From: Desulfatiglandales bacterium
Lineage (GTDB): Bacteria > Desulfobacterota > DSM-4660 > Desulfatiglandales > Desulfatiglandaceae
Length of the DNA stretch: 64,000 nt
Direction of reading: 5' to 3'
Assembly: GCA_963666345.1 (NCBI GenBank)
Contig: OY762721.1
Coordinates: forward strand, 2,528,001-2,592,000
The first letter of the stretch is position 1. The number at the start of each line of letters is the position of its first letter. Positions 9,685 through 19,486 of this stretch are shown piece after piece. The notes beneath the pieces were generated by a model, which was not told the DNA's origin, searched no databases, and was given only the letters and a program-made list of their open reading frames with translations. The translations under genes were made by a program, and so were the position numbers.

Positions 9685-12600
9685 ATGAAAGATCACAAAA
9701 TAAAAATCAACGGGGCCAGACAGCATAATCTCAAGAATCTTGATCTGGAGATCCCTATCAACCGGATAACGGCGGTAACGGGTGTAAGCGGTTCCGGGAA
9801 ATCCTCACTCGCCTTTGACACCCTCTATGCGGAAGGTCAGCGGCGCTATATAGAGACCTTTTCACCCTATGCGCGCCAGTTCATGGACAGGATGGACCGG
9901 CCGATGGTGAAAAGCATAGAGGGAATACCTCCCGCACTTGCCATCGACAGAAAAGACCCGGTGAGGACCTCCCGCTCCACAGTAGGAACAATGACCGAGA
10001 TTACCGACCATGTGAAGCTTCTTTACTTCAGACTGGGGCAGCTTCACTGCAGGAACTGCGGAAGGCCCGTTCGGCCCGACAGCCCCGAATCGGTATGGGA
10101 GAAGCTGGAAAAGCTGCAAGATGGCAGGGAGGTGATCGTCGCATTTCCTTATCCGATGGAGGGTGCGGGAAAAAAGGGGTCGGCCTTTCTGCGAAGCCTT
10201 GGTTATTCAAGATACATCGAAGACAGGGATATCAAGTCTCTTAATGATCAAACGCCTCGACGCAGCTCGACTCTTCAGGTCGTAGCGGACAGGCTGAGAT
10301 TTTCAGTCAGTGACCGCAAAAGGATAATCGATTCCCTGGAGCAGGCCTTTCGCTTTGGAAAGGGAGTTGCTGAAATCTGGTCGCCTCCCGACATCCATCT
10401 CCGGTTCAGCAACAGTAGGGAATGCGCCGACTGCCGGATATCCTACAGGGAGCCTCTTCAAAATCTTTTTTCCTTTAACAGTCCGATCGGGGCCTGTGAG
10501 ACCTGCCGGGGGTTCGGCAGAATAATCGACATAGACACGGACCTGATAATTCCCGACCAAAGACTTTCCATAGAAGAGGGCGCCGTAAAGCCGTGGGGAG
10601 GGAAATCGGAGGGGCGCAGGGAATATTACGATCTTGTCTCCTTTTGCGGCAATGAGGGTATCCATACGGATGTCGCCTTCAAAGACCTGGGAAAAGAGGA
10701 AAAAGAGGCAATTATTGAAGGTACTTCCGAGTATTACGGAATCAGGGGCTTTTTCAGGTGGGTTGAAACCAAGGCCTACAAGATGCATGTACGGGTATTT
10801 CTTTCACGTTACAGGGCGTACAAGGTCTGTCCTGAATGCGGAGGTGCCAGATTCAGGGAAGAGGCCCTGCTTTACCGCGTAAACGGGCTTTCCATAGACC
10901 AGGTTTACGCGATGAATGTGTCTGACGCGGGACGGTTTTTTGAGGGGGTCAAGATTCCTGCAGGCGACGATGCCTCCAAGCTGGTCCTAGAGCAGATAAA
11001 GGGAAGGGTAAGATACCTGAAGGAGGTAGGACTCGATTATCTTACCCTTGATCGTCAGTCGCGGACACTATCGGGCGGAGAGGTCCAGCGTGTAGCCCTG
11101 GCATCTTCAATAGGTTCCTCCCTTGTAAATACCCTTTACATCCTTGACGAACCGAGTATCGGTCTCCATCCCCGTGACGGCATGAGGCTTATAAGGATTC
11201 TCGAGGGTCTCAGGGACATGATGAACACGGTCGTAATTGTGGAGCATGATCCTGAAATAATCAGGGCCTCCGATTACATGCTGGAGCTTGGCCCGGGTGC
11301 CGGGGAAAATGGTGGAAACCTTGTATATTTCGGCCCGACAGCCGCGGCTGAGGGGTCATTGACGGGCGATTATCTGAAGGGAACAAGGAGGGTTCCCCTG
11401 CCGGAGAGCCGCAGGACCCCTAAAAGAGGCGAATGGATTACGATCAAGGCCCCTAAAGAGAATAATCTCAAAGGCATGGATGTCTTGATCCCTCTGAATC
11501 TGTTTGTCTGTCTGACCGGGGTATCAGGATCAGGGAAATCAACCCTTGCCGAAGAGATCCTCTATAAGGGCGTGAAATGGGCAAAGGGAAGGCCCTCTGG
11601 CAGGCCCGGCTCTTACATGGCCATAAAGGGGATCGACCATGTCACGGATGCCGTTCTCGTTGACCAGAGGCCCATAGGCAGAACACCCAGGGCCAATCCC
11701 CTCACCTATACAAAGGCCATGGACAGTGTAAGAAAGATAATGGCGGGAACGGACAAGGCCAAAGAGAAGGGATTCACCGCAAGCCATTTTTCTTTTAACA
11801 CGGAGCCGGGGCGCTGCAGCGCCTGCAGGGGGGAAGGTTTTGAAAAGGTGGAGATGCAGTTTCTTTCCGATGTCTTTGTCCTTTGTCCCGAATGCGGTGG
11901 AAAGCGTTTCACCAAGGAGGTCCTTGAGGTTACCTACCGGGGCATGAATATTTACGATATACTGACGATGACCGTGGAGCAGGCCTGCCAATTCTTCGAG
12001 GACAGGCCGAAGATCCTGTCCGCGCTCAGACCTCTTCGCGAGGTGGGGCTCGGCTACGTTCGTCTGGGCCAGCCGATAAACACCCTGTCCTGCGGAGAGT
12101 CCCAGAGGCTGAAACTGACGCCCTTTCTGAAGGAAAAACCGGAAAAGGGGAATCTCTTTATCTTTGACGAACCGACCACGGGGCTCCACTTCGAGGATAT
12201 CGAGAAGCTTCTCAGGTCTCTTCAAAGACTCGTGTCCCGGGGAAACACGGTCCTGGTGATTGAACACAATATGGATGTTATCAAAAATGCGGACTGGATA
12301 ATCGACCTGGGACCCGAAGGAGGAGAAAAGGGGGGAGAGGTAGTTGCAGCCGGTCCCCCGGAGGAGATCTCAGCCTCTGAGGTTTCCCACACGGGAAGGT
12401 TTCTGAAACAGAGTCTCAAGGCGCGGTCCATTCCTTACAGAAAGGAGAAAAAAGCCAAGGGCAAGCCGGATCAAGACAGGGAAATTATAAAGGTCAGCGG
12501 GGCAAGGGAACATAACCTCAAAGACCTTTCTCTTTCCATACCCCGAAACAAGCTTGTCGTTTTCACCGGTGTTTCAGGTTCGGGAAAATCAACCCTTGCC

Positions 12601-14949
12601 TTTGACATCCTCTTTGCAGAAGGTCAGCGCAGGTATCTTGACAGCCTTGCCCCGTACGTAAGACAGTACATGAAAATACTTGAGAGGCCCGATGTCGACG
12701 CGGTCACGGGGCTGCCGCCGTCTGTGGCCATAGAGCAGCGTATGAGCAGGTCGGGCCGCCGCTCAACAGTTGCGACCCTGACCGAGATCTATCACTTCAT
12801 GAGGCTGCTTTTCAGCAAGACGGGAAGGCAGCACTGCCCGGGATGCGGAAGGGCCCTTACCACCCGAACAAGAGAGAATATCATCCATATGGTTCAGGAC
12901 AGATACGGCGGCTCCAAAGCGCTTGTCCTGGCCCCCAAGGTTGCAGGGAAAAAAGGCTATCACAGGGAGGTCCTTTCGAAAGGGCTTTCAGGGGGTTATA
13001 AGACAGCTCGGATAGACGGCGTTTTGACAAGCCTCAAGAAGGGGCTTTGTCTTGATCGCTACAGAGAGCACTCAATAGAGTATGTGATCGGGGACATGAG
13101 TCGGGACGCCGATTCCATTATCAAAGATGCCCTGGTTGAGGGAGGAGGAAGTCTTATCGTGTCCTCGGGCAGGTCGGGTGAGGAGGTTTTCAGCCTTCAG
13201 GGGTTCTGTCCTTCCTGCGGTATAAGTCTGCCTGAGCTTGATCCGAGACTTTTTTCCTTTAACAGTTCACATGGGGCCTGCCGGTTCTGTGACGGCCTTG
13301 GTGAACTGGAGGACCCGGACACAGGCAGCAAAAGGACCTGCCCTGAATGCGGTGGAAGCAGGCTCAGGCCTGAGGCCCTGGCGGTAAAGATAGGAGGCCT
13401 TTCCATATGGGACCTGGTAAAAGAGCCTTCCCGTAAGATAACAGACATCTTAAGCACCCTTTCCTTTGAAATGAGGGATGAAAAGGTGGCGCGCCCAGTT
13501 ATCGAGGAGATCCTCCTGCGCCTTTCTCTTTTAAACCGCCTGGGGCTGTCCTATCTCGGGCTCAGCAGAAGCGGGGACACCCTGTCGGGAGGTGAGGCTC
13601 AAAGGGTAAGACTTTCGGCGCAGCTTGGCTCAAACCTGACAGGCGTCTGCTATATCCTTGACGAGCCGACGATCGGGCTTCATTCGAGGGACAATATGAT
13701 GCTTCTCGAAGCGCTCAAGGATCTCAGGCAGAGGGGAAATACGATCCTTGTGGTAGAGCATGACGAAGACACGATCAGGGAAGCGGATCATCTGATCGAT
13801 CTGGGCCCTGAAGCGGGAAGTGAAGGAGGCAGGCTGGTGGCCCAGGGGACGCTGGAGGATCTCAAGAGGGTCCCCTATTCCCAGACAGGCGCTTGCTTTA
13901 ACGGTCGTCCGCACAGGATAACATCCCGTTTCAGGGATTACGCGGGGGCTGAAAAACTGACCCTAAAAGGGGCCGGCAAACATAATCTAAAAAGGGTAAA
14001 TGTGAATTTTCCCCTTGGGACCTTGATATGTATCACCGGTGTTTCAGGTTCCGGGAAGTCGACACTGCTAAAGGAGGTTCTTTATAAAGGGCTTCAGGGG
14101 CTTGTCGGAAAAGACGGAGAGTATCCCCAAAATGTCGGAGCAATAGAGGGCTGGCAGCATATCGAACGTGTCCTTGAGGTGGATCACAGTCCCATAGGCA
14201 GGACACCCAGATCGGTGCCGGCGTCATATGTCGGATTCCTGACCCATATAAGAAAACTGTTTTCCCTTACGCCCGATTCGAGGACCAGGGGGTATGGCCC
14301 GGGCAGGTTCTCTTTTAATGTCGGATCGGGCAGATGCGCTACGTGCCGAGGGCATGGCAGTCTCAAGGTGGAGATGAGTTTTCTGCCGGATGTATACGTT
14401 GTCTGTGAGCAGTGCATGGGGAAAAGGTTCAATGAGGAGACCCTTGCCGCCACGTACAAGGGAAAGAACATATCCGAGGTGCTGGATCTTACCTTTGAGG
14501 AGGCGGCGTCCTTTTTTTCCGCTGTCCCTTTTATAAAAAGGGCGGTCAGGTTCGTATGCGATATCGGGCTTGGATATCTTCGTCTGGGTCAGCCCAGCCC
14601 TACTCTTTCAGGCGGTGAGGCACAGAGGATAAAACTGGCAAGGGAGCTTGCCAAAAAATCAAAGGGGCACACGTTATACATCCTGGATGAACCGACGACA
14701 GGGCTTCACCTTTCTGATGTCAGAAGACTTGCAGGCATATTTCAGTCTATCGTGGAAAAAGGAAACACCATCGTGGTAATCGAGCATAACATGGAGATAA
14801 TCAAGGAGGCCGATTATATAATAGATCTGGGACCTGAGGGAGGGGAGGCAGGTGGAAGGGTAGTTGCAAAGGGTTCTCCTCTGGAGATTATGGACATGGA
14901 CAAGATTTCTCATACCGGGAGATTTCTGAAAAAATATATAGGTGAGTAG
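9685..14949 (+). CDS. uvrA: double-length (tandem-fused) excinuclease ABC subunit A, 1754 aa
   Basis: Two complete UvrA units: GARxHNLK starts, four TGVSGSGKS Walker A, four LSxGE signatures, LDEP Walker B, Zn fingers. Confidence 0.95.
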   Translation: MKDHKIKINGARQHNLKNLDLEIPINRITAVTGVSGSGKSSLAFDTLYAEGQRRYIETFSPYARQFMDRMDRPMVKSIEGIPPALAIDRKDPVRTSRSTVGTMTEITDHVKLLYFRLGQLHCRNCGRPVRPDSPESVWEKLEKLQDGREVIVAFPYPMEGAGKKGSAFLRSLGYSRYIEDRDIKSLNDQTPRRSSTLQVVADRLRFSVSDRKRIIDSLEQAFRFGKGVAEIWSPPDIHLRFSNSRECADCRISYREPLQNLFSFNSPIGACETCRGFGRIIDIDTDLIIPDQRLSIEEGAVKPWGGKSEGRREYYDLVSFCGNEGIHTDVAFKDLGKEEKEAIIEGTSEYYGIRGFFRWVETKAYKMHVRVFLSRYRAYKVCPECGGARFREEALLYRVNGLSIDQVYAMNVSDAGRFFEGVKIPAGDDASKLVLEQIKGRVRYLKEVGLDYLTLDRQSRTLSGGEVQRVALASSIGSSLVNTLYILDEPSIGLHPRDGMRLIRILEGLRDMMNTVVIVEHDPEIIRASDYMLELGPGAGENGGNLVYFGPTAAAEGSLTGDYLKGTRRVPLPESRRTPKRGEWITIKAPKENNLKGMDVLIPLNLFVCLTGVSGSGKSTLAEEILYKGVKWAKGRPSGRPGSYMAIKGIDHVTDAVLVDQRPIGRTPRANPLTYTKAMDSVRKIMAGTDKAKEKGFTASHFSFNTEPGRCSACRGEGFEKVEMQFLSDVFVLCPECGGKRFTKEVLEVTYRGMNIYDILTMTVEQACQFFEDRPKILSALRPLREVGLGYVRLGQPINTLSCGESQRLKLTPFLKEKPEKGNLFIFDEPTTGLHFEDIEKLLRSLQRLVSRGNTVLVIEHNMDVIKNADWIIDLGPEGGEKGGEVVAAGPPEEISASEVSHTGRFLKQSLKARSIPYRKEKKAKGKPDQDREIIKVSGAREHNLKDLSLSIPRNKLVVFTGVSGSGKSTLAFDILFAEGQRRYLDSLAPYVRQYMKILERPDVDAVTGLPPSVAIEQRMSRSGRRSTVATLTEIYHFMRLLFSKTGRQHCPGCGRALTTRTRENIIHMVQDRYGGSKALVLAPKVAGKKGYHREVLSKGLSGGYKTARIDGVLTSLKKGLCLDRYREHSIEYVIGDMSRDADSIIKDALVEGGGSLIVSSGRSGEEVFSLQGFCPSCGISLPELDPRLFSFNSSHGACRFCDGLGELEDPDTGSKRTCPECGGSRLRPEALAVKIGGLSIWDLVKEPSRKITDILSTLSFEMRDEKVARPVIEEILLRLSLLNRLGLSYLGLSRSGDTLSGGEAQRVRLSAQLGSNLTGVCYILDEPTIGLHSRDNMMLLEALKDLRQRGNTILVVEHDEDTIREADHLIDLGPEAGSEGGRLVAQGTLEDLKRVPYSQTGACFNGRPHRITSRFRDYAGAEKLTLKGAGKHNLKRVNVNFPLGTLICITGVSGSGKSTLLKEVLYKGLQGLVGKDGEYPQNVGAIEGWQHIERVLEVDHSPIGRTPRSVPASYVGFLTHIRKLFSLTPDSRTRGYGPGRFSFNVGSGRCATCRGHGSLKVEMSFLPDVYVVCEQCMGKRFNEETLAATYKGKNISEVLDLTFEEAASFFSAVPFIKRAVRFVCDIGLGYLRLGQPSPTLSGGEAQRIKLARELAKKSKGHTLYILDEPTTGLHLSDVRRLAGIFQSIVEKGNTIVVIEHNMEIIKEADYIIDLGPEGGEAGGRVVAKGSPLEIMDMDKISHTGRFLKKYIGE

Positions 14950-15113
14950 GATCTCAGGATAAGTTGAAGTTGATCAGCCAAGATAGAGCAAAATTGGCTT
15001 TTGAGCGAAGGGGTTCGAGTGAACCGCTGAAGAATTACAAGCACCTGAGTCTTTGTTCGCCGCGGGAGGGACCCGGGGATGACCGATAAGACTTAACAGA
15101 GGATCATGGAAAG

Positions 15114-15596
15114 ATGGAACAAAAAAGCAGGTCCCGGATAAAAAAAGAGATGCTTGCCCTACAGAAGCTTGGAGAGCGGCTTGTGGAGCTTTCGCCTGAG
15201 ATGCTTTCGGAAATCGAAGTGCCCGGTCAACTGAGGGATGCCGTTATCGAGGCAAAGGCGATAAAGAAGCATGAGGCCCTTAGAAGACAGATGCAGTTTA
15301 TAGGCTCACTGATGAGGAAGACCGATGTTACCCCGATAAAAGATGCCCTTGACAATATAGCAAAGGGAAGAAAACAGGAGGCTGCGGCCTTTAAAAGGGT
15401 CGAAGATTTGAGAGACCGGCTTGTCGGGCAGGATGAAGAGGCCTTGGATAGGACATTTGAACAATTTCCTGATGCCGACAGGCGGACGTTAACTCAGCTT
15501 GTGAGAAACGCCAGGAAGGAAGAGATAAGAGGAGATTCCAGAAAGGCATACAAAAGTCTTTTCAGGTACCTAAGGGGTCTGACCTGGAAAAAATGA
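15114..15596 (+). CDS. yjgA: ribosome-associated protein YjgA/DarP (DUF615)
   Basis: KSRSRIKKEMLALQKLGERL, RRQMQFIGSLMR, LVRNARKE, LFRYLR. Confidence 0.9.
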   Translation: MEQKSRSRIKKEMLALQKLGERLVELSPEMLSEIEVPGQLRDAVIEAKAIKKHEALRRQMQFIGSLMRKTDVTPIKDALDNIAKGRKQEAAAFKRVEDLRDRLVGQDEEALDRTFEQFPDADRRTLTQLVRNARKEEIRGDSRKAYKSLFRYLRGLTWKK

Positions 15597-15806
15597 CGAT
15601 TTGCGTCTCAAGGGGTCCGGTTCATGAGGCAGGACGTGAACCATTCAAACAGGGTGTCTACGTCATATCAATGGGGTATTCCCTGCTTTCCTGATAGACG
15701 ACAGATACAGGGTGGTTTCTTTTACCGGCATGTGAGCGCCGATTGCCGGTATCACCAATACGGAAAAAGGATTTCGTGATTAGAAACGAACAATTGAGGA
15801 TGAAGA

Positions 15807-17039
15807 TTGAAAAAGCAACTCCATAGTTCTTTTGAAAAGGATTATGAGGTCGAAGCAAGACAACAAATCCGAAAGAGCAATCTGGGTCTTAACCAGGCCA
15901 TGGGCCCGGTGTTTCTGTTGACCTGTATCTTTTTTGTCCTCTTTTTGGCCAGACAGATGGCCGGTCCTTTCCTTCCTGCCATTGAAGAGGAGTTAGGCAT
16001 AAGCCATGCCTACAGCGGACTTTTTATTCTGTTTATGGGAATAGGCTTTTCCCTCAGCCAGCTTGGAGCGGCCTATATGGCGGGGGCATGGGGGTATAGG
16101 CCCTGCATCCTCTATTCCCTTTGGGGTTCCGCCTTTGCAATGGTCCTTGTGGGCCTTCTCATGTCTCCATGGACGCTATGTTTCGGCTTTTTTGTGCTGG
16201 GTATCGTGGGGGGAGTTTACGTGCCTACCGGCATTGCATTCATAACGGTGCTGATCAGACCCAGTGATTGGGGCAAGGCCATGGGGATACATGAAATAGC
16301 CCCCAATCTCGGATTGATTGCCGCGCCTTTTCTGGCTACCGCTGCTATTTACCTATGCTCCTGGCGTCTTGGATACTTCAGCATAGCTGCTGCCTCGGCC
16401 CTGTTGGGGGTGGTCTATGCCGGGAAGGGAATGGATGTGGAGGATAAACCTTCACCGCCCGATCTGAAGCGGATCAGGCAGACCGTTAGTAATCGCAGTT
16501 TCTGGGTGGTGGGTGTTTTGTTGAGCCTTGCGGTAGGAGTAGAGACAGGGGTTTATGCCATCCTCCCTCTGTTTCTCGTTAACGAGCGTGGTTTTGATCT
16601 GGCAGCGGCCAACCAGCTACTCGGTTGCTCACGACTCCCGGGTCTTTTAATGGTGCTTGTTTCCGGGTGGATAACCGACCGTCTTACCCCGAGGATAACA
16701 ATTTTGCTTGCCTTGTGCCTGTCAGGTGTCACAATAATCTTTCTGGGGCTCGGTCCGCGGAATATGCTTATTCCTGCTATTTTTCTGCAGGCTGCCGCCT
16801 CAGCCTGTCTGTTTCCTCCTATCCTGTCGGCGGCTTCAGGGATATCGACCCCTGAAAATCGTGCCTTGACCATTTCACTGAGTCTGGCCGTTGCACCGGT
16901 GGCAGGAGGAGGCCTGCTTCCCGCCGGTATCGCCCTGGCAGGGGACCTGGGTTCCTTTTCCTCAGGTTTGGCTGCGGCAGGGATTTTTGCCTTGTCAGGT
17001 ATGGTACTGATCCCTTTTCTAAAAAAGAAGGACTCTTAG
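15807..17039 (+). CDS. major facilitator superfamily transporter
   Basis: ~12 hydrophobic segments, GWITDRL loop, WGKAMGIHE; true start may lie downstream. Confidence 0.85.
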   Translation: MKKQLHSSFEKDYEVEARQQIRKSNLGLNQAMGPVFLLTCIFFVLFLARQMAGPFLPAIEEELGISHAYSGLFILFMGIGFSLSQLGAAYMAGAWGYRPCILYSLWGSAFAMVLVGLLMSPWTLCFGFFVLGIVGGVYVPTGIAFITVLIRPSDWGKAMGIHEIAPNLGLIAAPFLATAAIYLCSWRLGYFSIAAASALLGVVYAGKGMDVEDKPSPPDLKRIRQTVSNRSFWVVGVLLSLAVGVETGVYAILPLFLVNERGFDLAAANQLLGCSRLPGLLMVLVSGWITDRLTPRITILLALCLSGVTIIFLGLGPRNMLIPAIFLQAAASACLFPPILSAASGISTPENRALTISLSLAVAPVAGGGLLPAGIALAGDLGSFSSGLAAAGIFALSGMVLIPFLKKKDS

Positions 17040-17148
17040 AGCTTCACCTTTGGACTAAAGAAATTTGGGCACTGCCTGATTCATCCTCCAATTCTCAAGT
17101 TGTCGAATGAGCCTGTAGCGGCCTTTTTTGTGAAGGCAAAAGGATGTG

Positions 17149-17877
17149 TCAGAGAATATCACCCCTGGTGCCTATTACAACCTCTTCTATCGGGATATCT
17201 TTTCCGGCCGTATCCATCGCCTTTTTGAGTATCACGGGCATTGCAGAACAGCAGGGCACCTCCATAATCGCCACCTTTATGCCTTTGATCTCAGCCTGTT
17301 TGAATATATCAGCAAATTTTCTGATATATTCATCCGTATCATCGAATTTGGGACATCCCATCATTACGACCCTGCCGGCAATAAAGTCTCTGTGAAAGTC
17401 GGGATAGGCGATGGGGGTGCAGTCTGCGGCTATGAGAAGCTCGGCACCCTTGAGGAAGGGAGCGTCGGGCGGCACAAGCCTGATCTGAACTGGCCAGTGG
17501 GAAAGCCTTGATTCAATACCCTGAGCGGGCTCCTCCTTATTTCCGCCCGGGGCTGAAGGAATAAATGTCTGTATCTGAGTGGATGGACAGCCGCAGGCAA
17601 GGGACTCCGACTGAGGTCTTACGCCCTTTTCCTTTGCTTCGAGATAGACCTCCACCTCTTGTTCGTCAAAGTCTTCCGCCTCTCTTTCAATCATGGTGAT
17701 GGCGCCGTTAGGGCATTCCCCCAGGCAGGCGCCAAGGCCGTCGCAGTAGCTTTCCTTTACCAGTTTAGCCTTGCCGTCGACGATTTCAAGTGCCCCTTCC
17801 GCGCAACCCGGCACGCACTCACCGCAGCCGTCACAGAGTTCTTCATCTATATGAATGATTTTTCGCATTGCCTTCAT
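17149..17877 (-). CDS. 4Fe-4S dicluster protein with Cys-rich C-terminal domain (type often found in hcp/HcpR regulons)
   Basis: CDGCGECVPGC and CDGLGACLGECP ferredoxin motifs; ACGCP, WPVQ, AADC, GCPKFDD, MEVPCC. Confidence 0.88.
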   Translation of the reverse strand: MKAMRKIIHIDEELCDGCGECVPGCAEGALEIVDGKAKLVKESYCDGLGACLGECPNGAITMIEREAEDFDEQEVEVYLEAKEKGVRPQSESLACGCPSTQIQTFIPSAPGGNKEEPAQGIESRLSHWPVQIRLVPPDAPFLKGAELLIAADCTPIAYPDFHRDFIAGRVVMMGCPKFDDTDEYIRKFADIFKQAEIKGIKVAIMEVPCCSAMPVILKKAMDTAGKDIPIEEVVIGTRGDIL

Positions 17878-17889
17878 GTCTGCATCCCC

Positions 17890-18582
17890 TTATTTATCGT
17901 TTTCCTGTCTTAAAATACGCCTTGCCAGATCCTGGCCGCTTATGGTCAGAAATGAGGTTTTCAATATCTCGTCAAGTTCCCGGGTGCTCATCGGATTTTC
18001 CCCGGCCCTTCTTTCCAGCTTGGCGATCAGGCCTGCGTCGTGGGCGATCCTGATGCTCAGGTCGTCCTCATCTGATGCCTCCGGCAACCTGGAGATGATT
18101 TCAACGACCCGGTTTATGAGTTCCTCAGGGGCGTTTAATCCTCTGAGTATTTCTGCAGCAACGTCAGTGCCTTTCAGGATTGCCAGTTCATGGAGATAGG
18201 ATGCCGGGAGTATGACCGAAAGATCTCCTTTTTCCATTTTGGCTATTTTTTCAGCATGCCTTGCCATTTTCAGGACATTTCCGATCCTTTTAAAGTCCCT
18301 CCCCATGCGCCGCTTGGCCTCTATGGCGACCCTGTCTTTAAGAAGATCCTGCCTTCGGGCGATCAGCTCAGGAGGCAGATTCCCAATGCATTGATCAGCA
18401 TGCTGACAGTAAGCGGCGCATCCGAAATCCATCTCCGGGTTCAAAAACCTGTGACCGCAGTTGCCGCACCTGCGGGTCGTGTCATCCTTGAAAAATTCCA
18501 CTTTTTTACCGCACACCGGGCATTCGGCCTCAAATATCGCACCCGGTTTCCAGTAACGGCTGTCTTGTCCGGGACATTTCAT
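17890..18582 (-). CDS. Zn-ribbon/Cys-rich protein with degenerate HD-like domain
   Basis: MKCPGQD, CPVCG, CGNCG, CAAYCQHADQC; ASYLHE at HD position; GAGGAG SD supports ATG 18582. Confidence 0.75.
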   Translation of the reverse strand: MKCPGQDSRYWKPGAIFEAECPVCGKKVEFFKDDTTRRCGNCGHRFLNPEMDFGCAAYCQHADQCIGNLPPELIARRQDLLKDRVAIEAKRRMGRDFKRIGNVLKMARHAEKIAKMEKGDLSVILPASYLHELAILKGTDVAAEILRGLNAPEELINRVVEIISRLPEASDEDDLSIRIAHDAGLIAKLERRAGENPMSTRELDEILKTSFLTISGQDLARRILRQENDK

Positions 18583-18636
18583 GGCTTTTCTCCTCAGTTT
18601 TTGTCTTGACATTAGGGGAAAGAGGTTGATTATGCC

Positions 18637-18650
18637 TTGACTTAAGTCAA
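18637..18650. promoter_or_regulatory. Crp/Fnr (HcpR-type) binding site TTGAC-ttaa-GTCAA
   Basis: Perfect 14 bp palindrome; centred -41.5 relative to a minus-strand TAATGT -10 box at 18614-18609. Confidence 0.8.
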
Positions 18651-18768
18651 AAAAAGGTATTTTTTTTGAAGACAGCATCTTTTTTTTTAAAATGATGTTT
18701 ATAGAAATTAATGTTGGTAATGGTTTTTACAAGGGAATGCGCCTGCGGCACAGGTTAAGAAGAGATAA

Positions 18769-19449
18769 ATGGATATAATAGATCAGCTTTCATCCGGTTC
18801 CTTTTTCAAGGGCCTGCCCAGGGAACAGCTCAAATCGCTTTCCGGGATAGTCGTTGACAGAGGGGTGGAAAAGGGACAGCTTATCTTTTCAGAGGGAGAG
18901 GAAGGGATAGGCTTTTTTGTAGTGACCTGTGGGAGAATAAAGGTGTTTAAGATCTCTCCTGATGGAAAGGAGCAGATACTTCATATATTCGGCGTCGGAG
19001 AACCTTTCGGTGAGGTCCCCGTATTTGAGGGGAAAAGTTTCCCGGCCAGCGCAGAGGCCCTGGAAAGGGGCCGGGTCCTGTTCTTTCCCAGAGAGGCCTT
19101 TATAGATCAGATAAGAAAAAATCCCGATTTTGCCCTGAGCATGCTGGCAATTCTCTCAAAAAGGCTAAGGGTCTTTACTCGTCTTATTGAAGATCTTTCC
19201 CTGAAAGAGGTGCCGGCAAGGCTGGCGGCATACCTTCTGCATCTCAGGGATCTCAGAGGGGCCGGAGATAAGCTGGAACTTGATATCTCAAAGGCGCAAC
19301 TGGCAAGTATCCTTGGAACCATACCTGAAACCCTGTCGAGGATATTGGGGAAACTGAAAAGAAGGGGAATCATCGACATATCGGGTGGGACTATAAGTAT
19401 CCTGGACACCGGGATGCTGGAGCAGTTGGCTGAAACGGGAGCCCTTTAA
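18769..19449 (+). CDS. hcpR: Crp/Fnr family transcriptional regulator, HcpR-like
   Basis: cNMP-binding domain (GKEQILH, FGEVP), HTH recognition helix GTIPETLSRIL, divergent from Fe-S gene. Confidence 0.8.
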   Translation: MDIIDQLSSGSFFKGLPREQLKSLSGIVVDRGVEKGQLIFSEGEEGIGFFVVTCGRIKVFKISPDGKEQILHIFGVGEPFGEVPVFEGKSFPASAEALERGRVLFFPREAFIDQIRKNPDFALSMLAILSKRLRVFTRLIEDLSLKEVPARLAAYLLHLRDLRGAGDKLELDISKAQLASILGTIPETLSRILGKLKRRGIIDISGGTISILDTGMLEQLAETGAL

Positions 19450-19456
19450 TTAGTGC

Positions 19457-19485
19457 ACATACAGAAATGGAACATTTCTGTATGT
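19457..19485 (+). terminator. 13 bp perfect hairpin after hcpR-like gene
   Basis: acatacagaaatg-gaa-catttctgtatgt; only weak U-tract. Confidence 0.45.
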
Positions 19486-19486
19486 T

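Noticed and set aside
11539..12267. 242 aa antisense ORF inside uvrA
   Set aside because: Shadow ORF with no recognisable domain
15597..15806. Hairpins upstream of the MFS gene as possible riboswitch
   Set aside because: Short stems only; I could not match TPP, purine, fluoride, SAM or c-di-GMP consensus
18583..18678. Upstream extension of the HD-like ORF given in the track
   Set aside because: Overlaps the promoter and Crp/Fnr box; strong SD supports ATG 18582
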